A DNA stretch of 64,000 nt. Origin: Hamiltosporidium tvaerminnensis FI-OER-3-3 (lineage: Eukaryota; Fungi; Microsporidia). Where the stretch lies: positions 1,116,001-1,180,000 of the forward strand of contig CM061246.1 in the NCBI GenBank assembly GCA_022605425.2. Reading direction: 5' to 3'. Under the pieces are notes generated by a model, which was not told the DNA's origin, searched no databases, and worked only from the letters and a program-made list of their open reading frames with translations. Below are positions 1 to 11,533 of this stretch, one piece after another. The position numbers were made by a program, and so were the translations under genes. Numbering within the stretch: position 1 is the stretch's first letter; every line of letters starts with the position of its first letter.

Positions 1-2119
1 AAATGGATGTAGCTGTTTTTTGAATTTTGGACGACTCTTCGTTTTCTTTTTTAAATTATAATCCAATCATTCTTTATATATCTTTGGTAAATTGAGTTGC
101 TCCAAAATTTCTTATTCATGAAATTTCAGATATTATTTTAAATGGTTTCAAATTCAGTTTTAATCATATATCTTAATCTAATTTTTAATAATAAATTCAA
201 TTATAATCTTGTTGAATGTCTTAATTCAATAAAAAATGTTTATAATTATTTTTGCATTGTACATTAATACCCATTTCAATCATGAAATCTTGCAAAATTT
301 AGGGCATAGTTTGCAAAGTGAAATTTTTATAATTTGTCAAATTAATAATAATTTAAGACTCTTTGTTCAATCTTTAAATTACTTTTCATTGATTTTATTT
401 CTATCTTTATTTGCTTATACTAAATGATAAATCTTAATTTTGCAGAAGGGTATATTTACAGTTATAATTGCCATTATTCAATTTTTATTTTATTTTATTA
501 AGTGCAAACGTTATGGTTTTATTTTTTCTTTTGTTGCAAAGATAATAAATAAGAATTTATATTAATGTGTATTCATTTCGTTATTACTTTTTTTCAATTT
601 TAAATTTCTCTGCATTTTGAATTTTTTAACTCGAAAACTTTTGATTAATACAATTCGAAATAAACTAATAAGGTTTTTATCTGTAAATAAACATTCAATT
701 GTAGATATATCTGAATACTTACATTTGTAATTTTTATTTTGCGCAATATATAATCTAGTATGCCTTATATTTTTTCTAACTTTAGACGGGTTTGTATTAT
801 ACTTTTTACGCCAAATATTTTTCTTTTTCATAGGTTTATATTGTTTTTTTTTGAACATTCTAAGTTCTTAAAATATCATTTATATTGTTAAAAAATGAAA
901 TAAGTTTAAACTAGAATTTTTCTTGCTTTTATATATAAAAAAGATCTTCTATAAGTTTTTTTATACATATCATATTATAAGCTAATTACTAGTCGCATCT
1001 TTTCAAATTTATTTCTAATTTTTCTAATTTACGCAAAGAATTTACCCGATAAATTATTTTATACATAATTTATGCCTCTATTGATTCTTCTTTAATTCTT
1101 TTATATTTAAAAAAAATTTAGTTACATTTTTCATTTAAAGAAACTTTTTTTAATTAAAATAAAATATATGACTTTAAATTTCTTCGATATTCCGACTTAA
1201 TTGGCAAGAGTTTCTAATTGAAAATATAACAAATCTATTTCGTGATTATTAAAAACGTTCTCTGTTTTTAAAATATCTCTATTTTGCTATCAAAAACTGA
1301 ATTTTTTAATTTACATACTCTCTAATCCACATAACTTAATAAAAAAAAATATTTTATTCTTTCTAGATTTGAATATTTAGTCTGGCTTGTAAATATAAAC
1401 GTAAATAAAATAGAAGCCTGCCCGTTAAAACGCAATGGTTATAAAGTTTCCATTTATTCTTTCTGAATGTTTCACTACGCTTAAACTTACAAAAAACGTT
1501 ATTAGTATAAGCATAAGTTTATAAGTATCAACCTTTTAAATATTTGGCCATAAGGCTATAATTTTTTGGCAAATATGTTTTCGAATTGATTTGTGACTAT
1601 ATAAAATGTAATTCTTGTTTCCAAAAGATTTACGAGCCCGTGTCAAATTTAAAATTTTGGCTCGAAATTTTAAGGTAACGCTTCAAAGATATGAATTTAG
1701 GCAATATATACCGAATTAAGAGCTAGAATATGTATTTAACTGTCTCGGGTATATCATTCTCGAATATTCTTGTGATAATCTATTTTAATGAATTTTTGAA
1801 ACATAAATAAGCTTAATATAAAAACTACGGCTTTTTCTGCTCAAATGAATCTCATAATTGCTGCAATACCTACAAGAAAACTATCGAAATTCAGCCTAGA
1901 CAAACAATTTGCAATATCCAATAATACAGGCATAATCATATCTGGCCACTTGTTTTTTGCGTAAAAAAAACAAAAATATTAAGGGTTTTGTTTTTCAAAA
2001 CTCGCTTAAAATCTAATTTGGTTGAATATCTTTAACCAAATTTTTTTTGGAATGTTCTTCACAATTGCTGAATTTAAAAATGTTTTTAATTAATGTACTA
2101 AATTAACATAAAAAAATTA

Positions 2120-2600
2120 AATTACTCACATCTTTCTAATAATGTGCAGGTTTTGTCTGTTACACATTAATAATATAGTTAGATGTTGTACTTAAATAAC
2201 ATATTCCTTCTAATACACCATCGGTATCATGTAGAACACACATCTCGATAGCTTTTCCTTATGGGTTGTGTTGAATTGGTCTAGTAGATGGCACGGAGAC
2301 CGAAATTGGATGGTTTGTCTTTCTGGTGTGTAATTATAGCCTTAAACCCATCCTGACTTCTCCCAAACCAAGAGCATTATTTTAACCACCCATTTCTGAA
2401 CCGGAACGCCTTTACATTTAATATAAACCTAGCTCTTTATATTAGTCAACGAGACCTTGCGATGTAATTTCTCTATAAATAACCTTACGCAACCTTCTTG
2501 AGTTTTAAACATATTTCTTTGTGCATTCTTGAATCAATGCCTTCAAATTCTGTGGAGCAAAACTAGTTTTATGGTTTACATGAAAATTCCCTTCCACATA
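2120..2600 (-). mobile_element. Highly degenerate partial copy of the ~720-bp module
   Basis: Ordered residual matches to the minus-strand module consensus: tcacatcttt, ccatcggta, tggtgtgtaat, tttctgaacc, gagcaaaactag. Boundaries are approximate. Confidence 0.55.
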
Positions 2601-5600
2601 CATTGTGGTTTATAATCTAGTTTTATTAAAACATACAAAATGTTTTTCAGAGAGCTCTTGGAAGACTGCGAACGCTTTAGATGTAGGAAAATTGAGCCTG
2701 GCTTAGACTAAAGGTTATCAGAAACTAACGTCTCAATGATGTCTTTTTCTCAAAGGTATCCAATAACACTGGGTTGGGTCTACATATGTATGTGTATCAG
2801 ACATAAATGTAATTTGTGGTACCTTATATAACATAATTCTGGTTGCTGATATGGTTATATATAGCTAGTTCGGTCAAAGAGAGATCTCTTTGTGCAAATT
2901 GACGGATCTTGTATAAAGCAACCAAATTTATATTTATAACTAACTAATAAAAAATTTAAACTTTTTTTGTCGAAATTCTTCTTCGTATACAAATTTTAAA
3001 GAAAAGATCAATTAAAATTTTGTTAGGTTTTTAATATTTTAAAAAATCCAAACCCGTTTTCCTACTAAGCTCATTCAAATGGCAATTCGATCGTGTCTAA
3101 AGGATTGAACTCTTACCAAAATTCGAATACTAATTATATTTTCTTTCAATATTAAATTCAGAAAATATGAAGTATGACAAATCAATTATTACAATGCAAT
3201 TAATCATTACTAATATAGAATGTCCATGGTGGTTTTAAACAGTACTAAAAAGCTTAATTCTAGTTTTAATGCAATTGTACTATATTTTCAAGCTTTACTT
3301 AAATTGTTATGTATTTCACCAAATAACCATAAAATAATATCAAGTATTAATATTATAAGAAGCTATCTGCAATGTTTTATTTCTATAGTCTAGTAATTTG
3401 GAATGTGCTATAACTCATTTCGCTTTACATTCATTTTGCAATCAATATTCTTAATCAAAAAAATATTCTTGAAAAATTTGTGGTAGGATTTGACTTACAG
3501 ATGTTTCTACATAAATCAATATTCGTTTCTGACTTTCTAAAATGCTTATTCGTTCTATTTTTCAATATTCAAAACATTATTTTTACACGCTTTACAAATA
3601 TCGTTTATTTTAATATACTATAAAAAATGAGTTTTATACATATTTTTTGGCACATCTTGTCTGTATTGGATCAGAATAGAGTCTTCGACTTAATTTTTAT
3701 ACAAGTTACGAAAAAAATTCAATATCTATATTACTACAAATAGATATTATTGTAAATTTATTTCAACCTCTTATAAACTTTTTTTTCGTGTAGGAATTAA
3801 TGTATTTGAATTATTTAATTTAAATTAAATTTTTACAAAAATTAGTATTTTCGATATTTATTGGAGGCAAGGTACAAATATGTTTTTTTGTTCCAATTTT
3901 TAAGCTCTGATTTTTCCTATATTATGAAAAAAATCTATCAGTTATTCGAGTATATATGCTATATTTTTAAAATTTATAAATTGTATTAAAAACTTGCTAG
4001 TGCTTATCATTTTGAAGGATATTTTGAGAAAAATATTCTAATTACTAGAAATAAATCTTACAGGCAACAAAAAACCAATGGCGACGTAAATAAGATTTTG
4101 TTTTTATGATAAGATAGCTGAATATATCGGTTTTTAGCAAAATCAGTTGGGTAATTAAAAGGCTTAAGAAAAGCAAAAAAAATAAGAAATTTCAGGCTTA
4201 GCATTTGAAAAATAAAAGAAAGTAAAAATATTTTCACTTGATGGGATGAAATATCGGTACTGTCTTAAACAGATTCTTTAGTCCAAGGGTTTGAAATTAT
4301 TGCTTGGGGTATTGAAACATATAAAAAATGCCTTTAATGTGTAAAACTGAACTGGATTGCTCCCGGAATGTTCATAATTAAACATAGTTTGTTTATATAA
4401 AGCAAATCTAAAATTTTTTGTTAGCCATAGATATTTCAAATTTCTTTAAATTAACGAAACTATAGAAGAGGCTAAATTTTTACAAGGCATCAACTCTATT
4501 ATCTCTACTTAAAATATAAAGATTGAATGTAGTAAAAGTAATAAGTTTCGATTTTAAAATTATAGATTAAACAAATTAGGAATTGTTCCGGGTATCGACA
4601 TTTTTCAAAAGATAAACTACGAGTTTAAATCTTTCTCTTTAGATTTTATTCGAAATTCATTCAGCAAAGATTTGAAAATGCTAAATTGAAATAAATGTTT
4701 ATGGAATGTTTTATTAAAATTATCAAAAATTTGTATTTTGATATGCTACCAGGTATTAATATAGTTGCTATTTCCCCATTAAAAACCTTCTCTTTTATAT
4801 GATGACTCGTCTTATATAATGATTGTTTGACATGACTTAAAAAAATGATATATTTGTAGAGCATCTGTTGCTGATCTTTTCGAGGCTTATATTTATTTAT
4901 TGATTTGAGATAAAATTATTTCTATTCAAAAACGAATTATAAATAGAAAATTTTTACTTTAAATATATAGCAAATTTTAAATTTTTTATTCTATCTATAA
5001 CTTCAAATTTATAAAAACCTCTTATGTTTGTATAGTATAAACACTAAAAAGTAATTCCTATAAATTGAAATTTTATTTTACATCAGTTTTGACTACGAAG
5101 TGTAAAAAATTTATAGCCAGAGTTGATTAGAGAAAACTTTTAGACGTGACTCATTAAAATAATTTTGTTTTATCGGTTAGTCAATATGGTATCATAATCT
5201 TGTAAATAAACTATACCTTGGCTTTATTTTACGAAAAATATGATTAAACGATTCAGCATATATTTTGCAGAATGTTTAAGAAAAATATTTTGGGTTTTAA
5301 AATGATGGTATCATTGTATTAAATTTCTTATACTCTAATAAAATAAATAGGTAAATTTGAATTAAGCTAGAAATTTCCGAATAAGTAAAGCCTTAATTCC
5401 AAATATTTTATTTGGTTTATTCTAGAAATTTCCCGTTCGATTTAGTCCGTCGTTTGTATTCGCATTTTGTTAATCTCGCGTTTTTCCTTGATTTCAATTG
5501 GCATTTATAGTAAACAATCATATATTCTGTTTTTCAAACACCTTTCCCCTCATTTATGGATTCGACTGATGAAGCTATAAGTTTATCGAGTCCTTCCACT

Positions 5601-6459
5601 ACCTATATTGTAACTAGGATAGTCTTTCATTACTCTTATGGGCTGGTATTATTTAGACCACCTCTCTTAGTTGGTTAGAGGGAATGATGGGGATTCCCTT
5701 TTCGTGTAAATCTACTATATGCGAGCCTTTATTCTTTCTGTTACTTATAGTAACCAGTTGAGATTATATGGTATTTAGTTTCCATGCCATCTCGAATGAT
5801 CTAAATGGTATTATCTTCTTATATAAGCCATGGAAGATTAAACTCATGAGCTAACAAGGTCGTGTTTATTATCTTTCCGCTTTAAAAACTTGAAGCATCT
5901 TGCAAGATAGCTGAAACCAGAAAGAGCTATTATTGTTCTGAGGATATTTTAAAATTGGCATGTAATATTATTCCTAAGTTTTCCAAGTTTTTATTTCAGG
6001 TGCCACTATTATTTCTACATGTTTTTTGTATGAACATAAACGGTATTAATCGTCTTTGAATACAAAAACTTGAATTTATTTAGATTTATCGGATTCAGAT
6101 ATATATACACATTCTTTAAAAAAATTTTGTATTCATTGCCTCTAAAAAGATTTATTGAAAGTTTATTAAAAAAGTTCCTAAATTTTATAAAACACCATGC
6201 AAAATGAAAGCAAACATTATATAATTTATTATTCCGAGTTTTTATATGAAAGATAACACATTACCTTTTTTGTTATTCGAAAAGAAATTTATTAGGAAGT
6301 GCACTAACGTTTAATACTCAGATCATATATTGAAATACAAATTAAAATCCTAAAACAGACTCATAAATCCTTCATAAATTACTAAGAATAGCATTTAATT
6401 ATCTTTTTCTTAAATGTAATATACTAATAATTTTAATTGTTTTTATTATTAAAATAGAA

Positions 6460-7187
6460 GTGGAGGGAGGATAACTTAATAAAAAACTTTCTGCTTGGCA
6501 ATGAGTGTGTGAAACTGGTGTGAAGATCATTGTTTGGATTTTTGGTGGGAATAAAACCACACTACATCTTCGGTTGTTCCATGGGAGTTGTTATGAGGAG
6601 GAGAGGTCTACGAAATGGCGAAACTTTTTCTACAAATTTATTTGTAGTTTTTTATGTAACCAGATTGCAGACCGCAGCTGAACATGTAGGTAATTGCCAT
6701 GTAAAAGCATGGAAACCTAGCCTTGCTCACTCGGGTTAGAAGACTTAGCGCCTGGGAGATATAAAAATAAAAACCATTTAAAGCCAGGAGAGCTAAGTAG
6801 CAGGTTATACCTGTTGGTATGACATTGCACTGTCTAGGTGGACCCCATGTAAATCTCTGAAATATATCTTAGCTAGAAGTTTATTGGATTCAGAAAGTGT
6901 AGAGTGAGTGGGAATGCTGCATAGTCTTGGGGGGAGCCCAGGGGGGGCTTCGGCCTTCGATCACACTCCATGCAACTAACATTAACGAACACCGGGCAAC
7001 TGCCTCGCCTATTAATTAGGTTCTACACACCTGGTAGATGAAAGGCTTTGGGACGTAGGTATCGCAGGGGTTACCGATGGAGTGTTGGGGTAGCATTATT
7101 TATGTTAAACCTAGAACTGCGTTAATGTCATAAAAATAAATATAACACTTACCACTATTTTAAATAGATGTAATACTTTTAAATAAA
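6460..7187 (+). mobile_element. ~720-bp structured non-coding retro-module (SINE-like), copy 1
   Basis: Starts GTGGAGGGAGGATAAC and ends TACTTTTAAATAAA. Flanked by a perfect 15-bp direct repeat ATTATTAAAATAGAA (6445-6459 and 7188-7202). Highly similar to copies at 22215, 31442 and 61346. Confidence 0.92.
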
Positions 7188-7409
7188 ATTATTAAAATAG
7201 AAAAAAAAACGAATTTTTATCTTTCTGAAGAGTATCAGGATACAATTTGCTATTTAAGGTAAATAAGCTACATAATATCACTACAAGAAAAAATATTGTA
7301 CAATTTAATCGGATTAATTTATATTATTTGGAATTTAGCGGTTTCACTGAACTTCGATTTTGATTCTTCAACTGACTATATTTATGATCTTTAAAGAGTG
7401 TATTTACTG

Positions 7410-8080
7410 GCTAAATGCACTTACGGTCTATTAACGCCTTAGGTTTTTTTACTATAACCTCCATCTTTCCTAATCAAGCGCCTCGCTTTTCCATTCATCT
7501 GTTTCAAGCTTACTGTGTACTTTTTTAACATCCTCTAGCCCTCTATTTTGTACGACTCAGAAGTCTTCGACCTTCAAGCTTAAACATCTACGCTTTATTT
7601 AATACTCTGCTTTCTGCAATTTGTTTGCAATGACCCAGCCATCGGAGTCTGGTTTTTTTTTACTTCGTTCACAAATTCTGGCCATAACTTCGATATAATT
7701 TTGGAGCTGAAGTTATTACGAATTTGCCACTCTCTTTATTGCATTCTTTTTGATCTGTATATTTTCGAGAACTCATTCTTTCACATACACCTAGTATCGC
7801 TTCATTACGCTTGTCGATATTCATTCTTCACAACCGTAAATCACCATAAGCCTAAGACTAGTTCTATATATTATTTTCTTGCTTCCTATCTTAAAATTTG
7901 AAGTTTGGGGATTTTTCGTAAGACAGAATCGAATGGATTTACAGGCATTTAATATCGCAAAGAACAAAGATACATGTTTACTGACTTTTAGAATACCGAC
8001 TCAATGTTTCGATTCGTTTAAAATAAACTATTCATCTCGAATATTAGCTTTTGAATTGCTATTCGTATTTAATTCGTTTT
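7410..8080 (-). pseudogene. RTE-clade LINE relic (C-terminal part of the RT ORF)
   Basis: Hand translation across stops and frameshifts gives IYRTSLRLMVIYGCEE, EWQIRNN, VKKTRLRWLGHC, LEGRR, EWKSEALD*ERWR. This is the typical order of RTE C-terminal motifs. Confidence 0.75.
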
Positions 8081-8272
8081 ATTAAAAAAAATTTCAAAAA
8101 GAAGATATATTAAATATCGGATATAATTTTGACAATTAAAAATTTTTAGAATAAAAAATAATTTCTAAAAATGGTTCTTACAAATTACATTGTTTAAATG
8201 AAATTTTAAAAACGTGTAATTTAATAATAATTTAATTATTCAGTTAAAATAAATTTATTTACTTTATAAAAA

Positions 8273-9118
8273 TTATTTTTCAATCAAACTTTTTAGTAAT
8301 TTGATTTCCTCTCCATATTTCTCTGGCTCGGGTGTTTCTAGAATAAGTGGTTTATTATCAAAAATATCGTTATTCATTATAAATTTGAATGCTTCTAACC
8401 CAATATGTCCTTTTCCTATGCATTCGTGTCTGTCTTTTTTAGATCCTAAGGGTTCTTTACTGTCATTTAGATGCATTGCTTTGAGATATTCCAACCCAAT
8501 GATTTTATCAAACTGGTTCATCACCTTTCTAAATTTTTCTTCTGTTCTGATATCGTATCCTGCTCCAAATAAATGACACGTATCAAGACATACTCCTATT
8601 CTACTTTTATCTTCAATATTTGAAATAATTTCTTTTAATTCTTCAAATTTAGAACCAACTACAGTACCTTGACCCGCCATATTTTCTAATAGAATAATTA
8701 CGTTTGGAATATCCTTTATCACTTCATTTATTTTATTTGCAATCTGTTTTAAACATTTTATACCCCTCTTCTTTACATCACTTCCTGGATGCATGTTGTA
8801 ATACTTAATAGAAAGATCATTGCATCTCTTTAAATCATCCCTAAGGCACGCAACACTTTTTTCTAAAATATCTGGATCTGGATTACCCAGATTTATTAGA
8901 TATGATCCATGTGGCAATAAAACTTCTGAATTTTTTATATTTTTTTTAAATTTTTCAATATCTTCAATTTTCATTCCACTTGAAAAATATCTTCGTTGAT
9001 TTTTTACGAAAAAGGCACAAGTTTCTGATCCAAGTAGATCCATTTGTTCCTGTACAGTATAAATACCCTTAACTACTGATAAATGTGCTCCAACTAATTT
9101 TTTAGATTCTTTTTCCAT
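8273..9118 (-). CDS. APN1: AP endonuclease family 2 (endonuclease IV)
   Basis: 281 aa with VGAHLS, HGSYLINL, HPGS, LLENMAGQG, GVCLDTCH, HLNDSK, DRHE and ILETP motifs. Confidence 0.96.
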   Translation of the reverse strand: MEKESKKLVGAHLSVVKGIYTVQEQMDLLGSETCAFFVKNQRRYFSSGMKIEDIEKFKKNIKNSEVLLPHGSYLINLGNPDPDILEKSVACLRDDLKRCNDLSIKYYNMHPGSDVKKRGIKCLKQIANKINEVIKDIPNVIILLENMAGQGTVVGSKFEELKEIISNIEDKSRIGVCLDTCHLFGAGYDIRTEEKFRKVMNQFDKIIGLEYLKAMHLNDSKEPLGSKKDRHECIGKGHIGLEAFKFIMNNDIFDNKPLILETPEPEKYGEEIKLLKSLIEK

Positions 9119-9590
9119 TTCAAGGACAACAAAAATATTTACAAATATTTTTTTTCCAAACCGTTTTAAAAAATCAAATATTTGAAAACTAAATATTTAC
9201 CGAATAAAGAAACTTTAAATTGAAAATAATATATTGTTAGGGTTAATGAAAGGAAAATATTTTTCTTAAAAGCTTATGGAATAGAAATTTCTTCTCCTAA
9301 AAATATTCCAAAATATAAGTCAAAATAAATTTGGTTTTAAAAAGAAACAAAGTCTAAAATCTATTTCTTTTTTATGAAATTAAAAAAAAAAATACTTTAA
9401 AAATTATTTTAAGAATTTTAGAATAATTTTTTTTTTTTTAAAACGTAAAATATTTTTAAAACGTAAAGTATAAATTTAAATACAAAAATACTTTTTTTAA
9501 AACAAAATTTTAAATTCCATTTTATTTCTTCAAAAATTTAAAACGAAATGTTTTAAAAATATTTTTTTAACCACAAAAACCGCGTTTCAT

Positions 9591-10046
9591 ATGGAAAAAG
9601 ATTCTAAGATACAAATTCGGGATCTTTTAGCTTCGGATTACAAAAATGGATTTATAAATGTTCTTTCACATTTAACAGAAACTGGAAATATCACAGAAGA
9701 CATGTTTGTGTCTCAATACGACTTATTAAAATATAAAAAAGATTATAAAATTGTAGTTGCAATTGATACTACAACACAGAAAATTGTAGGAACAGGAACA
9801 CTTTTTATTGAACATAAATTTATCCGGTCATTAGCAACCAAAGGACATATAGAAGATATTGTGGTTCTACCTGATTACCGTGGTCAACACATTGGTCAGA
9901 GAATAATTCAAACTCTTCTTGATTGTTCTATTTCCTTAAAATGCTATAAAACAGCACTCTGTGCTCGTGATGATGCAGTAGAATTTTATAAAAAATGTGG
10001 TTTTGAACCTTCAGAAAGAGAAATGGTGATTTACCATTCAAAATAG
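9591..10046 (+). CDS. GNA1: Glucosamine-6-phosphate N-acetyltransferase (GNAT)
   Basis: 151 aa with GTGTLFIEHKFIR, GHIEDIVV, RGQHIG, CYK and FYKKCGF motifs. Confidence 0.93.
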   Translation: MEKDSKIQIRDLLASDYKNGFINVLSHLTETGNITEDMFVSQYDLLKYKKDYKIVVAIDTTTQKIVGTGTLFIEHKFIRSLATKGHIEDIVVLPDYRGQHIGQRIIQTLLDCSISLKCYKTALCARDDAVEFYKKCGFEPSEREMVIYHSK

Positions 10047-10228
10047 GAATAAATTTGGTTTTTTTATTCATTTTATTTTCTTTTTTACTTATTTTCAGTA
10101 GAAAATATAGTTTTACAAATATTGAATTTTTTATATACTTTACAATAAATTTTACATTTTTATCTTAATAATTAAAACCCTTTTATTTATATTGTGGTAT
10201 TTTAGTCCTTGATTTACCGGTATTATGG

Positions 10229-10790
10229 TTAACACCCTTTTATTTACTGGTAATTATTAACACCCTCTTATTTACTGATAATATAATTAACACCTTCTTA
10301 TTACCACGACTTATCACTAACACCCCCTCTTATTAACACGACTTATCACTAACACCCCCTCTTATTAACACGACCTATCAATTAACACCCTCTTATTACC
10401 AGATATATTCCTTAACACCCTCTTATTACCACGCTTATTCCTTAACACCCTCTTATTACCACATACATTAATTAACACCCTCTTATTACCACGCTTATTA
10501 ATTAACACCCTCTTATTACCACAACATATTCCTTAACACCCTCTTATTAAGACATACATTAATTAACACCCTCCTATTAAAACATACATTAATTAACACC
10601 CTCTTATTACCACATATATCAATTAACACCCTCTTATTACCACATATATCAATTAACACCCTCTTATTACCACGACTTATCAATTAAAACCCTCTTATTA
10701 CCACATATATCAATTAACACCCTCTTATTAACACATATATCAATTAACACCCTCTTATTAACACAATTATCAATTAACACCCTCTATTAT
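10229..10790. repeat. Minisatellite, about 19 units of ~30 bp, core TTAACACCCTCTTATTA
   Basis: The TAACACCC core recurs every ~30 bp; the ~12 bp between cores vary. Confidence 0.93.
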
Positions 10791-11149
10791 ATCTGTATTT
10801 CTAAAAGGCATTTTTTTTTATTTCATGATATTTTCTTCAATCTATAACATTTATAATTTAACTGGTAATTTACTAACAAATTAAGCCATTTATATTAAAG
10901 GACTGATTTTTACTGACTAACGATTTAATTAATCACATTGTGTCTTAAATTAAGAATAACAAACAAAATATAAAAGTATGAAATTAGAGACTATAATTAA
11001 CAGGTGTTGATATGGCACGAGGAATAAATATTTTTTTTCTTAAATTTCAATATTTATTTTTTATTGTAAAAAGCCTAAAAGAAATATGAAAAATCAAAGT
11101 AATTGTAATGAACCAATGTCTCTGATATTAGTAATACAAACCTCTGGCA

Positions 11150-11310
11150 CAAACATCTGACTACAATCCTCTGACTACAAACCTCTGACTACAATCCTCT
11201 GAATAAATATCTATAAATACAAATATCTATAAATACAAATATCTATAAATATAAATATCCAAAAATACAAACCTATAAAGATGAAAATCTGTAAAAATCT
11301 ATAAAAATCT
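11150..11310. repeat. Short ~14-bp tandem repeats (CTCTGACTACAAWC, then ATCTATAAATACAA)
   Basis: Read directly from the sequence. Confidence 0.7.
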
Positions 11311-11533
11311 AAAAATAAAAATTAATTAATTAGCAAACAAATTATAATTTATCACTTCTATTTTTACATTTATTTTATTTCTTTATTAGTTAAATTAAAT
11401 TCGGAATTTATTTTATTTTTTGGATTCCAAAAAAAATTAAAAAGAAAACAAATAACGATTTTTTATTAAAAAAAAATATTTAAATAATCAAACAGAACGG
11501 TAAATAAAAAAAAATAAATAAAAAAAATTTAAA

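Noticed and set aside
236-4864. Short AT-rich ORFs and possible decayed coding sequence at the window start
   Set aside because: No recognisable motifs, so no product can be supported. The same applies to 33400-34300, 47898-49000 and 50600-52700.
5558-5593. CTGATGA inside a GGATTCGA/TCGAGTCC hairpin, suggesting a hammerhead ribozyme
   Set aside because: No GAAA half-core and no third stem.
6460-6660. HDV-like or hammerhead ribozyme, or a tRNA head, explaining the fixed 5' end
   Set aside because: No complementary P1 strand for GUGGAGG and no CUGAUGA...GAAA core were found. The A/B-box-like words (TGGCAATGAGTG, GTTTGRATT) are poor matches and too far from the start.
6530-6739. Recurrent small ORF MGVVMRRRGLRNGETF...SLAHSG in the module (also 22260-22490 and 31890-32123)
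   Set aside because: Single-base indels shift the frame in copies 2 and 4, and start codons differ. Conservation fits RNA structure rather than protein.
10229-10790. CRISPR-like appearance of constant cores with variable spacers
   Set aside because: Spacers are only ~12 bp and related to one another, there are no cas genes, and the context is eukaryotic. It is a minisatellite.
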